Assembly (NCBI GenBank): GCA_965223665.1
Contig: OZ245011.1
Coordinates: 3,200,001 to 3,264,000, forward strand
Source: Nitrospinaceae bacterium
GTDB taxonomy: Bacteria > Nitrospinota > Nitrospinia > Nitrospinales > Nitrospinaceae
Direction of reading: 5' to 3'
Length of the DNA stretch: 64,000 nt
Part shown: positions 1 to 9,394 of the stretch, piece by piece
How the letters are laid out: every line of letters starts with the position of its first letter
Numbering within the stretch: position 1 is the first letter of the stretch
Made by a program: the position numbers and the translations under genes
The notes under the pieces: model-generated
What the model saw: only the letters and a program-made list of their open reading frames with translations
Database searches by the model: none
Told to the model about the DNA's origin: nothing

Positions 1-1
1 T

Positions 2-106
2 CGAGCTATTCATAATCGGATTCCTTTCTTTTTCGATTATGGAGATGGCAATCGATATCGTAAGGAAATTGAGACTGTGCGGCGAGATTTTAAGGACATT
101 CAATAA
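2..106 (+). CDS. 3' end of an unidentified CDS (partial)
   Basis: Open frame from the window edge reading RAIHNRIPFFFDYGDGNRYRKEIETVRRDFKDIQ to TAA at 104-106. Confidence 0.55.
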   Translation, partial: RAIHNRIPFFFDYGDGNRYRKEIETVRRDFKDIQ

Positions 107-138
107 TTTTCATTAATAAATCTGAAGAGGGATAGAAT

Positions 139-723
139 ATGGAAATGTTTAGTGTAAAAAAGTTGTTAATTCTGGCAGGTACTCTGCTTATTCTTTTTGT
201 TGGATTTCCTTTTCAAGCAGGGGCTGAATCTTCCGCTGAAAAAAAAGCTGATATTCGCAAGCTCCTTGAGGTTACCGGAATAAAAGATCAGTTAGCTTAT
301 ATGAAAACTAGTTTATTAAAATCATATTCTGTTGTTGTAACTTCAACCTATCCGAAAATACCGAAGGAGTTTTGGGATGATTATAACGATTTGATTGGGC
401 AAAAAGATTTAGAAAAGCTAGTGGATGAAGTAGTACCAATTTATGAAAAGCATATGAGCCATGATGCGATAAAAAAATTAGTAGAAATGTTTGATACTCC
501 CTTTTGGAATGAGTGGAAAAATAAAATGCCCATCATTAGTAAAGAGGCAGGAGTAACGGGTAGTCAGTGGGGACAAAAAAAAGTTCAATCTAAAGAATTT
601 ACAGATAAGCTGGATGCGCTCATTAAAAAACATAAACTAGAAGATTTGAATAAGAAAAAAGAAGAGCCTAAAAAGAAAGAACAAGATGCTCCTCAAACTA
701 AAAAAGAATCTCCGAAACCATGA
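139..723 (+). CDS. Exported DUF2059-like protein
   Basis: Sec-type signal peptide; 'DIRKLLEVTG...VPIYEKHMS...F.TP' pattern resembles DUF2059; Lys/Glu-rich tail. Confidence 0.65.
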   Translation: MEMFSVKKLLILAGTLLILFVGFPFQAGAESSAEKKADIRKLLEVTGIKDQLAYMKTSLLKSYSVVVTSTYPKIPKEFWDDYNDLIGQKDLEKLVDEVVPIYEKHMSHDAIKKLVEMFDTPFWNEWKNKMPIISKEAGVTGSQWGQKKVQSKEFTDKLDALIKKHKLEDLNKKKEEPKKKEQDAPQTKKESPKP

Positions 724-1196
724 GTATATTCGACCTAAAAAACCTTTTAGAAATTCCCATTAAAGGATCGGATCAAAAACGAGCTATAAAAGTAATCCAA
801 ATTATGCAACAAATATCTGCCAAGGGTGGAGGCAATATTCCCTTGCAAGCTCTTATTCCAATACTAGGATTTGATAAACCAATTGCTGAAAAGATAATCC
901 AAAAGCGTGGTGATATCAAAGTACATTGCCCTAAGGGGAAGGAAGGCAAATTAGAAGGACTCATTCTAAACATTGGGCAACCTATGCAAGAGGTAATTCC
1001 AAAATTAAAAACATTGAAACCAGAAATTGTAGGAGAGAAAAGGATTTTTGGACGTTATAAAGCTAAACCAAAATTACTGGAAATTTATCAGATTAATGGA
1101 TTAAAGTTAGTGAAGCGCATGTCTAAAAGAGAATGGGACCTCTCCCTGCCGATTCGAAACATCCACCTGAAGCCTAATTCAATAGCGGTATTTTAA
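720..1196 (+). CDS. Hypothetical basic protein
   Basis: 158-aa ORF overlapping the upstream stop (ATGA coupling); no motif recognised. Confidence 0.6.
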   Translation: MSIFDLKNLLEIPIKGSDQKRAIKVIQIMQQISAKGGGNIPLQALIPILGFDKPIAEKIIQKRGDIKVHCPKGKEGKLEGLILNIGQPMQEVIPKLKTLKPEIVGEKRIFGRYKAKPKLLEIYQINGLKLVKRMSKREWDLSLPIRNIHLKPNSIAVF

Positions 1197-1243
1197 AATA
1201 TCGAAAATTTTCATACATTGAATCATCTAAACTATTTCATAAG

Positions 1244-1272
1244 TTGACAGCAATTATCCACTCTGTTAAAAC
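1244..1272 (+). promoter_or_regulatory. Sigma70-like promoter of glyQ
   Basis: TTGACA-17nt-TAAAAC with TG extension, ending 8 nt before the ATG. Confidence 0.55.
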
Positions 1273-1280
1273 CCTAGGAT

Positions 1281-2159
1281 ATGAATTTTCAAAATGTAAT
1301 TTTAAAATTGAATGAATATTGGGGATCAAGAGATTGTGTGATTCAGCAACCCTATGATATAGAAGTAGGGGCTGGAACCTTCAATCCTGCCACATTTTTT
1401 CGGGTGCTCGGACCTGAACCTTTTAGAGCGGCCTATGTGGAGCCTTCACGGCGCCCTACGGACGGTCGCTATGGTGAAAACCCCAACCGTTTGCAGCATT
1501 ATTATCAGTATCAAGTAATTCTTAAACCTTCTCCAGAGGATGTTCAAGACCAATATCTCGATAGTCTTAAGGTTTTGGGAATTGATCCATTAAAGCATGA
1601 TATCCGGTTCGTCGAAGATGATTGGGAATCACCTACGCTGGGTGCTTGGGGGTTAGGTTGGGAAGTCTGGCTCGATGGAATGGAAATCACTCAGTTTACT
1701 TATTTCCAACAAGTGGGAAGTATTGATTTGGATCCTATCTCGGTTGAATTGACATACGGGCTTGAACGTATCACGATGTATTTGCAAAACGTTGATAATG
1801 TTTATGATTTAAAATGGAATGAAAATGTGAAGTACGGCGACGTGCATTTAGAAACAGAGAAACAATTTTCCCGTTATAATTTTGAAGAATCGGACAAAGA
1901 ACGTTTGTTTCAGTGGTTTAATATGTATGAAGCGGAAGCATTAAATCTTATGGAAAGAAACTTAGTTTTGCCTGCTTATGACTATACTCTAAAATGTTCT
2001 CACGCTTTTAATCTTTTAGATGCTCGAGGAGCGATTAGTGTTACTGAAAGAACAGGTTTCATTGGTCGCGTCCGCAAATTGGCCAGACTTTGTGCCGAAG
2101 GCTATGTGCAACAACGCGAAGAATTAGGCCACCCTCTCCTTGCGAATTCTGATAAATAA
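1281..2159 (+). CDS. glyQ: Glycine--tRNA ligase alpha subunit
   Basis: [58 protein letters not shown]. Confidence 0.98.
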   Translation: MNFQNVILKLNEYWGSRDCVIQQPYDIEVGAGTFNPATFFRVLGPEPFRAAYVEPSRRPTDGRYGENPNRLQHYYQYQVILKPSPEDVQDQYLDSLKVLGIDPLKHDIRFVEDDWESPTLGAWGLGWEVWLDGMEITQFTYFQQVGSIDLDPISVELTYGLERITMYLQNVDNVYDLKWNENVKYGDVHLETEKQFSRYNFEESDKERLFQWFNMYEAEALNLMERNLVLPAYDYTLKCSHAFNLLDARGAISVTERTGFIGRVRKLARLCAEGYVQQREELGHPLLANSDK

Positions 2160-2161
2160 AA

Positions 2162-3223
2162 TCATTTGTTTTTTCCTGAAATTCCGGCGGTTTTAAAAGT
2201 CGCCATTTCGTTGTAAATCCTTACACTGGCTTCAATCAATTGCATCCCTAATATTGCACCTGTTCCTTCGCCCAATCGCATACCTAAATCAAAAAGTGGA
2301 GGCACGTCTAAAAGTTTAAAAAAAACTTGGTGCCCCAGCTCCTTAGATTGATGAGAGACAAAAATAAAATCTTTCACCTTTGGCTGAATTTTTAAAGCTA
2401 AAACTGCTGCGGCTCCGGAGATCAAACCATCCACAACGATTGGAATTTTATGGGACGCAGCCCCAAGGATCAATCCTGTCAGTCCCCCAATTTCAAAACC
2501 CCCAACTTTTGCGAGTACATCTATAGGGTCTTTTGCCTTCGGCTTGTTTTTTCTAATAGCGCGTTCAATTATTGATATTTTATTCAGCCATTGCTCTTCC
2601 GAAATGCCCGTTCCTCTCCCTGTAGTAAATTTAGGTTTTTTTTCTCCATATACAGAAAGAATAGCTGAACTGGGAGTGGTATTTCCAATACCCATTTCAC
2701 CGGTACAAATTATATCGAAGCCTTTTTGTGAACAATTCTCGGCCAATTCTATTCCTATTTTCAATGACTCCTCTGCCTGGTTACGTGTCATGCTGGGGCC
2801 GTGACTCATATTTTTTGTTCCCTTGGCAATTTTTTTATGGATCAATTTAGGAAGGGAATCAAAATTATGGTTTACTCCAATGTCTACAAGCAAAATTTCT
2901 GCTTCTGCAAAATTGGCGAGTACATTAATGGCTGCCCCTCCATTTAAAAAGTTAAGGACCATTTGCTGGGTTACTGTTTGTGGATAGGCACTGACCCCTT
3001 CTTCCACAACACCATGATCTGCAGCGAAAATGACGACGGCTTTTTTATCAATTTTGGGATTCTTATCACCCCGGATAGCAATATACTGTCGTGCCAACTC
3101 TTCTAACCGCCCTAAGCTTCCGGGTGGTTTTGTCAGGGAATCGATATGCCATTGTGCAGCAATTATTTTTTCAGAATCGATGGATTCAATATTATGGATA
3201 GTATTTTCAATTATGGGAAGCAT
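2162..3223 (-). CDS. cobT: Nicotinate-nucleotide--dimethylbenzimidazole phosphoribosyltransferase
   Basis: LTKPPGSLGRLE, AADHGV, GEMGIGNTT, GGFEIG, MRLGEGTGA. Confidence 0.96.
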   Translation of the reverse strand: MLPIIENTIHNIESIDSEKIIAAQWHIDSLTKPPGSLGRLEELARQYIAIRGDKNPKIDKKAVVIFAADHGVVEEGVSAYPQTVTQQMVLNFLNGGAAINVLANFAEAEILLVDIGVNHNFDSLPKLIHKKIAKGTKNMSHGPSMTRNQAEESLKIGIELAENCSQKGFDIICTGEMGIGNTTPSSAILSVYGEKKPKFTTGRGTGISEEQWLNKISIIERAIRKNKPKAKDPIDVLAKVGGFEIGGLTGLILGAASHKIPIVVDGLISGAAAVLALKIQPKVKDFIFVSHQSKELGHQVFFKLLDVPPLFDLGMRLGEGTGAILGMQLIEASVRIYNEMATFKTAGISGKNK

Positions 3224-3282
3224 TACTAATATTGGTCAGGAGTGTCAGGGTTTTCAATAAGAAGAAAATAATTATTTAATTT

Positions 3283-3837
3283 CTAAAACTCTATTCCTTT
3301 TTGTGCAGGAATTTTCTGATCTTTAAAAGGATGTTTAATGCACTTCATCTCTGTTACCAAATCGGCGATTTCAATTAATCCCTTGGAAGCGTTTCTACCG
3401 GTGCAAACGATATGGACACTTTTCGGTTTATTTTTAAGAGCATTTAAAAATTCACTTTCTGGTAAAAATTCATAATGGAGTACATAGTTAATTTCATCCA
3501 GAATGACTAATGAGTAATCCTCACTCATAATTTTAGAATGTGCGATTTTCCAGGCTTTGCTTGCGGTTTCAATATCTTGATCACGGTTATTGGTGTCCCA
3601 AGTGAATCCATCTCCCATGGGTACAACCTCTATAAGGGAAGGAAACTTTTCCAGACTTTTTCTTTCTCCGGATTTCCATTGGCCTTTCATAAACTGCATT
3701 ATGAATACTTTCATTTTGTTTCCAGCAGCTCGTATTGCCATTCCAAAGGCTGCAGTGGATTTTCCCTTTCCATCGCCAGTATTCACAATTATTAGCCCCT
3801 TACGTTTTCTGGGATCAGAACCGGGTCGTTTTTTCAT
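3283..3837 (-). CDS. cobO: Cob(I)yrinic acid a,c-diamide adenosyltransferase (CobO/BtuR/CobA)
   Basis: TGDGKGKSTAAFG, QFMKG, GDGFTW, ILDEI, TGR, ADLVTEM..KHPF, GIEF. Confidence 0.95.
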   Translation of the reverse strand: MKKRPGSDPRKRKGLIIVNTGDGKGKSTAAFGMAIRAAGNKMKVFIMQFMKGQWKSGERKSLEKFPSLIEVVPMGDGFTWDTNNRDQDIETASKAWKIAHSKIMSEDYSLVILDEINYVLHYEFLPESEFLNALKNKPKSVHIVCTGRNASKGLIEIADLVTEMKCIKHPFKDQKIPAQKGIEF

Positions 3838-3865
3838 GGGAGATGGCCACTCCTTATATTAATAT

Positions 3866-4456
3866 TTAATTTCTTTTCTTAAGCTGTTGCATTGAAGGTC
3901 CAAAGGATCCTGAAATGATTTGAACAAAATTCGTAGCGAGGGCAAAAATTGAAACATATAAAAAAACTGATCCTAAGTATTTTGGGAAATTATAATGTGC
4001 CCTATAAAACTTTTCTACGAAAACAGTCGAATCATAATAACCTGAAAATAAATAAAAACTACCTGTAGATATCCAAAAAGCTAAGGTTCCACACAAAAAA
4101 ACAATACCAATCAAAGCTAATAGTTGGTGGATAGAGGATATCCTCAAATTTCGAAAATGAGTTCCTCCCCACCAAAGAGATAAATAAGTTGGTACTAAAT
4201 AGGCGTATGCGGGAGTAACACACCAACTACTCACACCATTTTTTATTGATACGAAGTCAATGAGTACCACTCCCGTTAATAAAATTATTGAGTAAATATA
4301 CTTTCGCATATAAACCCCTGCTAAGAAAAAAGCGGCAAGTGTAAAATCCGGAACTTCCCAGTGAGAGCGAAATAGTGAACTGCGGGTTCCAATCATAATG
4401 GCAATACAAATTGCCAAGAAAATTACTGGGTGGTGCCAAATATGTTTTCTTTGCAT
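3866..4456 (-). CDS. btuM: BtuM-type solitary S-component cobalamin transporter
   Basis: About 6 TM helices; PD..AAFFLAGVY, ID...., GVSSWCVTPAY (Cys ligand motif) and GSFYLFSG match BtuM as recalled; directly downstream of btuB. Confidence 0.8.
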   Translation of the reverse strand: MQRKHIWHHPVIFLAICIAIMIGTRSSLFRSHWEVPDFTLAAFFLAGVYMRKYIYSIILLTGVVLIDFVSIKNGVSSWCVTPAYAYLVPTYLSLWWGGTHFRNLRISSIHQLLALIGIVFLCGTLAFWISTGSFYLFSGYYDSTVFVEKFYRAHYNFPKYLGSVFLYVSIFALATNFVQIISGSFGPSMQQLKKRN

Positions 4457-4468
4457 TTGTATTCTCCA

Positions 4469-6307
4469 TTAGAAGTTGATAGTAAAACCGGCATATCCGG
4501 AAATTCCAGCCGTTCCAAATCCTAAAATTTCTTGGTACTGTTTATCGAGCAAATTTTCTCCACGGACAGAAACTTTAATGAATTTATTAATTTTATATTG
4601 CAGTACGGCCCTCAGTAATACATAACCTCCTGTTCCTTGAGGGATATCAAAAGTATTACTTTTGTAGGTAATTCCTAAAAGACTAGAAAGTTTCTTTTGC
4701 CAGGTATGTTGTATATTTGCGTGAAATTTATTTTGAGCCCGTCTTCTTAACCTTTGTTTGGTCACATCATCAATGGCTCTATTCCATGTATAGTTCATGG
4801 TTAATAGAAAGTTTTGTGGCAACTTTATTTTTAGAGAAGATTCTACCCCTTGAGATGTGGCACGTCCTATATTTTCAGGACGAAAGGTAACTAAACTGAA
4901 TTGAATTAAATTATCATAATCCGAATCAAAATAAACAACACTTAGGGTTGCTTTTCCACCCCAAAAAGCTTGATCAAACCCTACTTCCCAATTTTTTACT
5001 TTTTCAGGTAATAAGTTTGGGTTACTGAACCCCGGAAAGAATAAATCATTCAGTGTGGGAGCACGAAATCCAGTTGCGTAGGTGGCGCGAACGCGGGTTC
5101 CAGTATTTTTTACGCGATAAGCTGCTTCAAATTTATAAGTTAACTTATCTTCAAAAGCGCTATTATCATCAAATCGAAATCCAGCAGTAAAAATAAAACT
5201 TTCGAACAAATCCAAAACTCCCTGCATGAAAACGCTCCAATTTTCTAAATGGCGATTGAAAGTATTCACGTTTCGGCCAATTCTATTTTGGTATTCTCCT
5301 CCTACAACTAAGGATAAAAACTCTCCAATGATAAAATTATTTTGAATATCTAAAGTATAAGTAGTGCTATAGACATTTGAATCCGGGAAAGTTTGTGCGC
5401 GAGATTTTACTGAATCATAGGAAATATTCGGATTGAATTTGATGTCCCACCAGGGTAAAACGACAAAACTTATGGGACCAGCCAAATAAAAAGATTCCCC
5501 TCTGGAAAAAGGGGGGCCATCGACATTTCCAATTCCAAATATAAAGTTATCAAATTCTACATGGTTATCGATATAGCGACCAATAAACTCAGCTCTGCCT
5601 TTTTCATCTAGAAAATTTATTCCTGACCTTATTGAAAGAGAAGTATTCTGGTAACCATCATTTTCTGTGTTTCCATTAAACTCATCCGCGGATGAAAATC
5701 CCTGTGAGTCAGTTCTAGAAACGGTGGCTGAATAATCGAACTTACCGATTTCACCGGAACTTCCAAGAGTTTCTTTAAAAGTGAAAAAGCTTCCTCCTTC
5801 AAAAGCAAAATAATGTGAAGGCGCCCCTTTACCTTTCTTGGTTACAATATTAATGACACCACCCACAGCATCAGCTCCCCAAATTGTGCTTTGCGGTCCG
5901 CGTAAAATTTCAACTTTTTCAATATTCTCTGGCTGTATATGTGCAAAGTTAAAAGAACCGGTAGTATTAGAATTTATTTGGACTCCATCAACTAAAACCA
6001 AAGTAGAGGAGGAACCGGCCCCTCGTGTAAAAACTGTAGTGTTTGAACCTAAAGCACCATTTTGAACTACATCCAAACCCAACTCTTCCCTTAACATATT
6101 TTCTACATTGATATAGCTTTTTTCTTCAATTTGCTGTTGAGTTATGACGGTTACTGAGGTGGGAAGATTTTTTAATGCCAGGGGATTCCTTGTTGCGTCT
6201 ACATCGATTTGCTTTAATTTTTCAACTTTTTCCGTAGCAAGTAATTGAAGAGGACATATCAATTGAAAAAAGATGGCAGTAATAATTAAAAACTTTAATA
6301 ATTTCAT
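4469..6307 (-). CDS. btuB: TonB-dependent cobalamin receptor
   Basis: Signal peptide from ATG 6307 (the track's extra 27 codons lie inside the riboswitch); plug domain 'IEKVEILRGPQSTIWGADAVGGVINIVT'; C-terminal ENLLDKQY...F; preceded by a cobalamin riboswitch. Confidence 0.9.
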   Translation of the reverse strand: MKLLKFLIITAIFFQLICPLQLLATEKVEKLKQIDVDATRNPLALKNLPTSVTVITQQQIEEKSYINVENMLREELGLDVVQNGALGSNTTVFTRGAGSSSTLVLVDGVQINSNTTGSFNFAHIQPENIEKVEILRGPQSTIWGADAVGGVINIVTKKGKGAPSHYFAFEGGSFFTFKETLGSSGEIGKFDYSATVSRTDSQGFSSADEFNGNTENDGYQNTSLSIRSGINFLDEKGRAEFIGRYIDNHVEFDNFIFGIGNVDGPPFSRGESFYLAGPISFVVLPWWDIKFNPNISYDSVKSRAQTFPDSNVYSTTYTLDIQNNFIIGEFLSLVVGGEYQNRIGRNVNTFNRHLENWSVFMQGVLDLFESFIFTAGFRFDDNSAFEDKLTYKFEAAYRVKNTGTRVRATYATGFRAPTLNDLFFPGFSNPNLLPEKVKNWEVGFDQAFWGGKATLSVVYFDSDYDNLIQFSLVTFRPENIGRATSQGVESSLKIKLPQNFLLTMNYTWNRAIDDVTKQRLRRRAQNKFHANIQHTWQKKLSSLLGITYKSNTFDIPQGTGGYVLLRAVLQYKINKFIKVSVRGENLLDKQYQEILGFGTAGISGYAGFTINF

Positions 6308-6309
6308 AA

Positions 6310-6474
6310 TCTTTCCTTTCTCTCGAAGGCAATAGATTTTTCTGATCAGGTATCCTGACTTAGGGATATTGCAACCGCGCCTTCCCATCGAACGACAGTG
6401 GCTTAGAGCGGTCCTTTTCCCATTACAGTTGCGGGACAGTATCGGATTCTCACCGAGCTTCCCTAACCAGAAAA
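6310..6474 (-). ncRNA. Cobalamin riboswitch with probable translational platform, upstream of btuB
   Basis: Minus strand AGGGAAgctcGGTGAGAATCC..ACTGTCCCGCAACTGT..GCCACTG..GGGAAGG..AAGTCAGGATACCTG; P1 ttttctg/cagaaaa; downstream hairpin CCTTC-GAGA-GAAAGG overlaps the SD. Confidence 0.93.
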
Positions 6475-6794
6475 GTTAATAAAATTTAAATTAATAAAAA
6501 TTCCAAAAGGGTTAATTGAAAAACAATACAAGTTAGTAAAGATAAAACCGATGTTATAAACATTAACTTCTGGGTTCTAAAAATATCTTCTATTTCTAAA
6601 CTTCTTACATTCATTCCAATGAATGGTTTAAATTTTGAGTATCTCTACCAACAATGTGTGACAGTTTTTTTCTTGATAGCTTAATATAACCTTGTTCCAA
6701 AAGTAAATTCACCGGTCGACTTTCTTCATAAAGACTTCGAATGGATAATGAAGTAAAAATAAAAATTATTGATACTTCATCCTTAATTTAAGAA

Positions 6795-8054
6795 TTAAAG
6801 CTCAACAGAAAAATTCTGTGAACGTCCATTCCATTGATTGTAGTAAATTAGATTTTTTAAATCTAAGCGATCCGTCCAACCTTTAGATTCTAATATAGGT
6901 TTGTCTTCAAACTTATCTGTATGCCCTATACATAAATAAGCAATTGGAATAACATTGTCTGGAAGATCTAAATCTTTTCTGATTTGATCAGTATTTAATA
7001 TGCTGACCCAACCAACGGCTAATCCTTCAGCTCTGGCGGCTAACCATAGATTTTGTACTGCGCAACAGGTGCTATAAATATCTGTTTCAAAAATTGTATT
7101 CCTTCCTAAAACATGAGGACCAAATCGAGATCGATCGCATGTGACACAAATATTAATTGGAGCGTCCCGAATGCCCTCTAATTTTAAACTATCGTAGAGT
7201 TCTTGGCGCTCACCTTTGAAGTGCGTCCTTGCTTGAGAATTGGCTTCCTTGAAGTTCTCTGCCACTTTTTGCTTAATTCGGTTATTATCAATGATGATGA
7301 AATTCCAAGGTTGCATAAAACCTACAGAACCTGCGTTGTGTGCTGCATGTAAAACTTTCCCTAAAACTTTTGGAGGAATAGGTTTTGAATTAAAGCTACG
7401 AATGTCTCGACGTTTAAAAATTGCTTGATAAAGACCTTGCTTATGGATCTCCGAAAACTCATGGGTATTTGTATTTTTTCTTTCACTCAAAAAAGAATCG
7501 GTGGATTGACTTTCACGATTTTTACCATTATTTTTTATGACCATGGGAATACCGGAGACCATATGTATCACTGCATCAAAATGTAAAGCAAATTTTTGAT
7601 TAACGATTCCCGCTAAATCTCTAAACTTGCGCCCTAGTTCGTTTTCGGGAACAATCCCTGCACCCACCTCGTTGGTAATAAAAATAAGTTTCAACTTGGA
7701 TTGATTGATGTAATTTAATACTTCTTCCACCTTCATTAATATTTCATCTGGAGAAAGTGGTTTTAATAACAAATTTGAAATCCAAAGAGTAATGCAGTCT
7801 AAAACTATTATTTCCGTTTGTTTTTTTTTCTCTTCTTTTAGGGCCCTAACTAGGTTTAAGGGTTCTTCTACGGTTACCCAATCAGGCCCTCTTTCTTTTT
7901 GGTGTTTTTTAATCCTCATAGACATTTCTTCATCGTTGGCTTCGGCAGTTGCAATAAATACTTTTCGAACTGACAATTTAGAGGCTAAATTCAAGGCGTA
8001 TTGACTTTTACCGCTTCGGCAGCCACCGGTAATAAGTGTTTTCAAATTCTCCAT
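6795..8054 (-). CDS. cobU-bluB: Fusion of adenosylcobinamide kinase/phosphate guanylyltransferase (CobU/CobP) and 5,6-dimethylbenzimidazole synthase (BluB)
   Basis: N-half GGCRSGKS, RIKKHQKER, LDCITLW, NEVGAGIVP, FRDLAG; C-half RRDIR, SVGFMQPWNF, LKLEGI, CAVQNLWLAARAEGLAVGWVS; one uninterrupted frame. Confidence 0.9.
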   Translation of the reverse strand: MENLKTLITGGCRSGKSQYALNLASKLSVRKVFIATAEANDEEMSMRIKKHQKERGPDWVTVEEPLNLVRALKEEKKKQTEIIVLDCITLWISNLLLKPLSPDEILMKVEEVLNYINQSKLKLIFITNEVGAGIVPENELGRKFRDLAGIVNQKFALHFDAVIHMVSGIPMVIKNNGKNRESQSTDSFLSERKNTNTHEFSEIHKQGLYQAIFKRRDIRSFNSKPIPPKVLGKVLHAAHNAGSVGFMQPWNFIIIDNNRIKQKVAENFKEANSQARTHFKGERQELYDSLKLEGIRDAPINICVTCDRSRFGPHVLGRNTIFETDIYSTCCAVQNLWLAARAEGLAVGWVSILNTDQIRKDLDLPDNVIPIAYLCIGHTDKFEDKPILESKGWTDRLDLKNLIYYNQWNGRSQNFSVEL

Positions 8055-8069
8055 AATTACTTAGTGGTC

Positions 8070-8813
8070 TTAACCCATACTCGTATAGGGGCAAACCACT
8101 CCTCCGTAAATAAAGAAACAGATTTCTATAATTTCATTAAGTGCGCCAAAATTATCTCCCGTCATCCCGCCAATTTTTTGATGGAAGAAAAATAAAATAA
8201 AAAATGTGAGTAAAATAAATATTCCTATTGATAAAACTCCTACCCAAAAATTTAAAACAAAAATTGGTAAAAAAGGAAAAACACATCCAACCAAACTTTT
8301 ATAGGATTTTCCATAGTAGAGATCATTGGCAAGACCGCGGGTGTTCTCGGGATAATTCATAAAAGTAAGACCAAAAACCTGGGAAGAACGCGCTATGGCC
8401 GGAGTAATTAACATCCAAAGCCAACAATTTTGAGTTGGAATATTTAATAGAGCGTAAAACTTTAAGAGAACAGAAAAGATTAGCGCAATTGCACCCATCA
8501 CGCCTACCCTTGGATCTTTCATGATTTCTAAAATTTTTTCTTTAGATTTATGCGAAAAAAAACCGTCCGCAGAATCTGCTAAACCGTCTAAATGTAAACC
8601 ACCCGTCACTACAATTAAAAAAAGTAAATCCATGAGAACGCGGATTTCATCCGCAAGGAAAAGAGCACATAATCTATCCACTCCGATTAGAAAGGCCCCT
8701 ATAAGAAATCCCACCAGTGGGAAATAAAATACCATTCGGGAGGAAACCGAATAGTCTTTAAAAGGATTCGGTAGAACGGTCAAAAAATTTAAAGCGGAAA
8801 AAAAATTTCTCAT
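8070..8813 (-). CDS. cobS: Adenosylcobinamide-GDP ribazoletransferase (cobalamin synthase)
   Basis: FLTVLP, FPLVG, TGGLHLDGLADSADG, IMKDPRVG, GGMTGD..GA; ATG at 8813 preferred over TTG 8822. Confidence 0.95.
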   Translation of the reverse strand: MRNFFSALNFLTVLPNPFKDYSVSSRMVFYFPLVGFLIGAFLIGVDRLCALFLADEIRVLMDLLFLIVVTGGLHLDGLADSADGFFSHKSKEKILEIMKDPRVGVMGAIALIFSVLLKFYALLNIPTQNCWLWMLITPAIARSSQVFGLTFMNYPENTRGLANDLYYGKSYKSLVGCVFPFLPIFVLNFWVGVLSIGIFILLTFFILFFFHQKIGGMTGDNFGALNEIIEICFFIYGGVVCPYTSMG

Positions 8814-8952
8814 GACTTCCAAATGAAAAATTTTAGAGTAAAAATTATTTGATAATTATTACTTGGAAGATAAATACCGAACGATTTACAAAGTGAAGAA
8901 GAGGCAGGTTTAAAAAAAGTATGACTCAATATTTTGAACGACAAAATAAAGC

Positions 8953-8976
8953 CAAAAAAAATCCCCACTGAGGGGG
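8953..8976 (-). terminator. Possible weak intrinsic terminator in the cobS leader
   Basis: Minus strand CCCC-TCAGT-GGGG-A-T8; short stem. Confidence 0.35.
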
Positions 8977-9134
8977 CCAATCTAGCCAGGGCAAAGTGAA
9001 TAATTTTCTATTGTCCAGGTTTCCTATAAAAAATATATTTCTACTTGAATTTAGGAATCCAAAGAAAATTAAAGGCGACCTACGCTAGCGGGCCAACAAC
9101 CTCTCATTCCACGAAGAGTTCGATGGTTTATCCA

Positions 9135-9274
9135 AACTGGTAAGGTTTTCTGGCTTTGGGTCTCACATTTCCCCAGCCTTCCCATTTAACATATAAACAG
9201 TGGCAATTTGAGGAAACAACCCAGTCACAGCGGCGGGTCCGCAACGGATTTTCACCGTTTTCCCTTTTCCAGTT
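9135..9274 (-). ncRNA. Cobalamin riboswitch upstream of cobS-cobU/bluB
   Basis: Minus strand AGGGAAaacGGTGAAAATCCgttGCGGACCCGCCGCTGTGA..GCCACTG..GGGAAGG..AAAGCCAGAAAACCT; P1 aactgg/ccagtt; P13-like hairpin at 9098-9120. Confidence 0.93.
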
Positions 9275-9290
9275 GTTAAACTTCGTTACG

Positions 9291-9318
9291 AAAATAGCAG
9301 TTTTCAATTGTTTGTCAA
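9291..9318 (-). promoter_or_regulatory. Sigma70-like promoter of the second riboswitch
   Basis: TTGACA-16nt-TATTTT with TG extension, about 17 nt before P1. Confidence 0.55.
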
Positions 9319-9394
9319 TAGAAAAGGAAATTAAAATTATCTTATGGTTATTTATCTATGGTAAATATTTTTTAGGTTCTTTGGGGTTAGTTAT

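Noticed and set aside
1254-1262. DnaA-box-like TTATCCACT in the glyQ promoter spacer
   Set aside because: A single 8/9 match with no cluster; expected by chance in AT-rich DNA
6308-6388. 27-aa N-terminal extension of BtuB in the ORF track
   Set aside because: It lies inside the riboswitch; the SD and signal peptide point to ATG 6307
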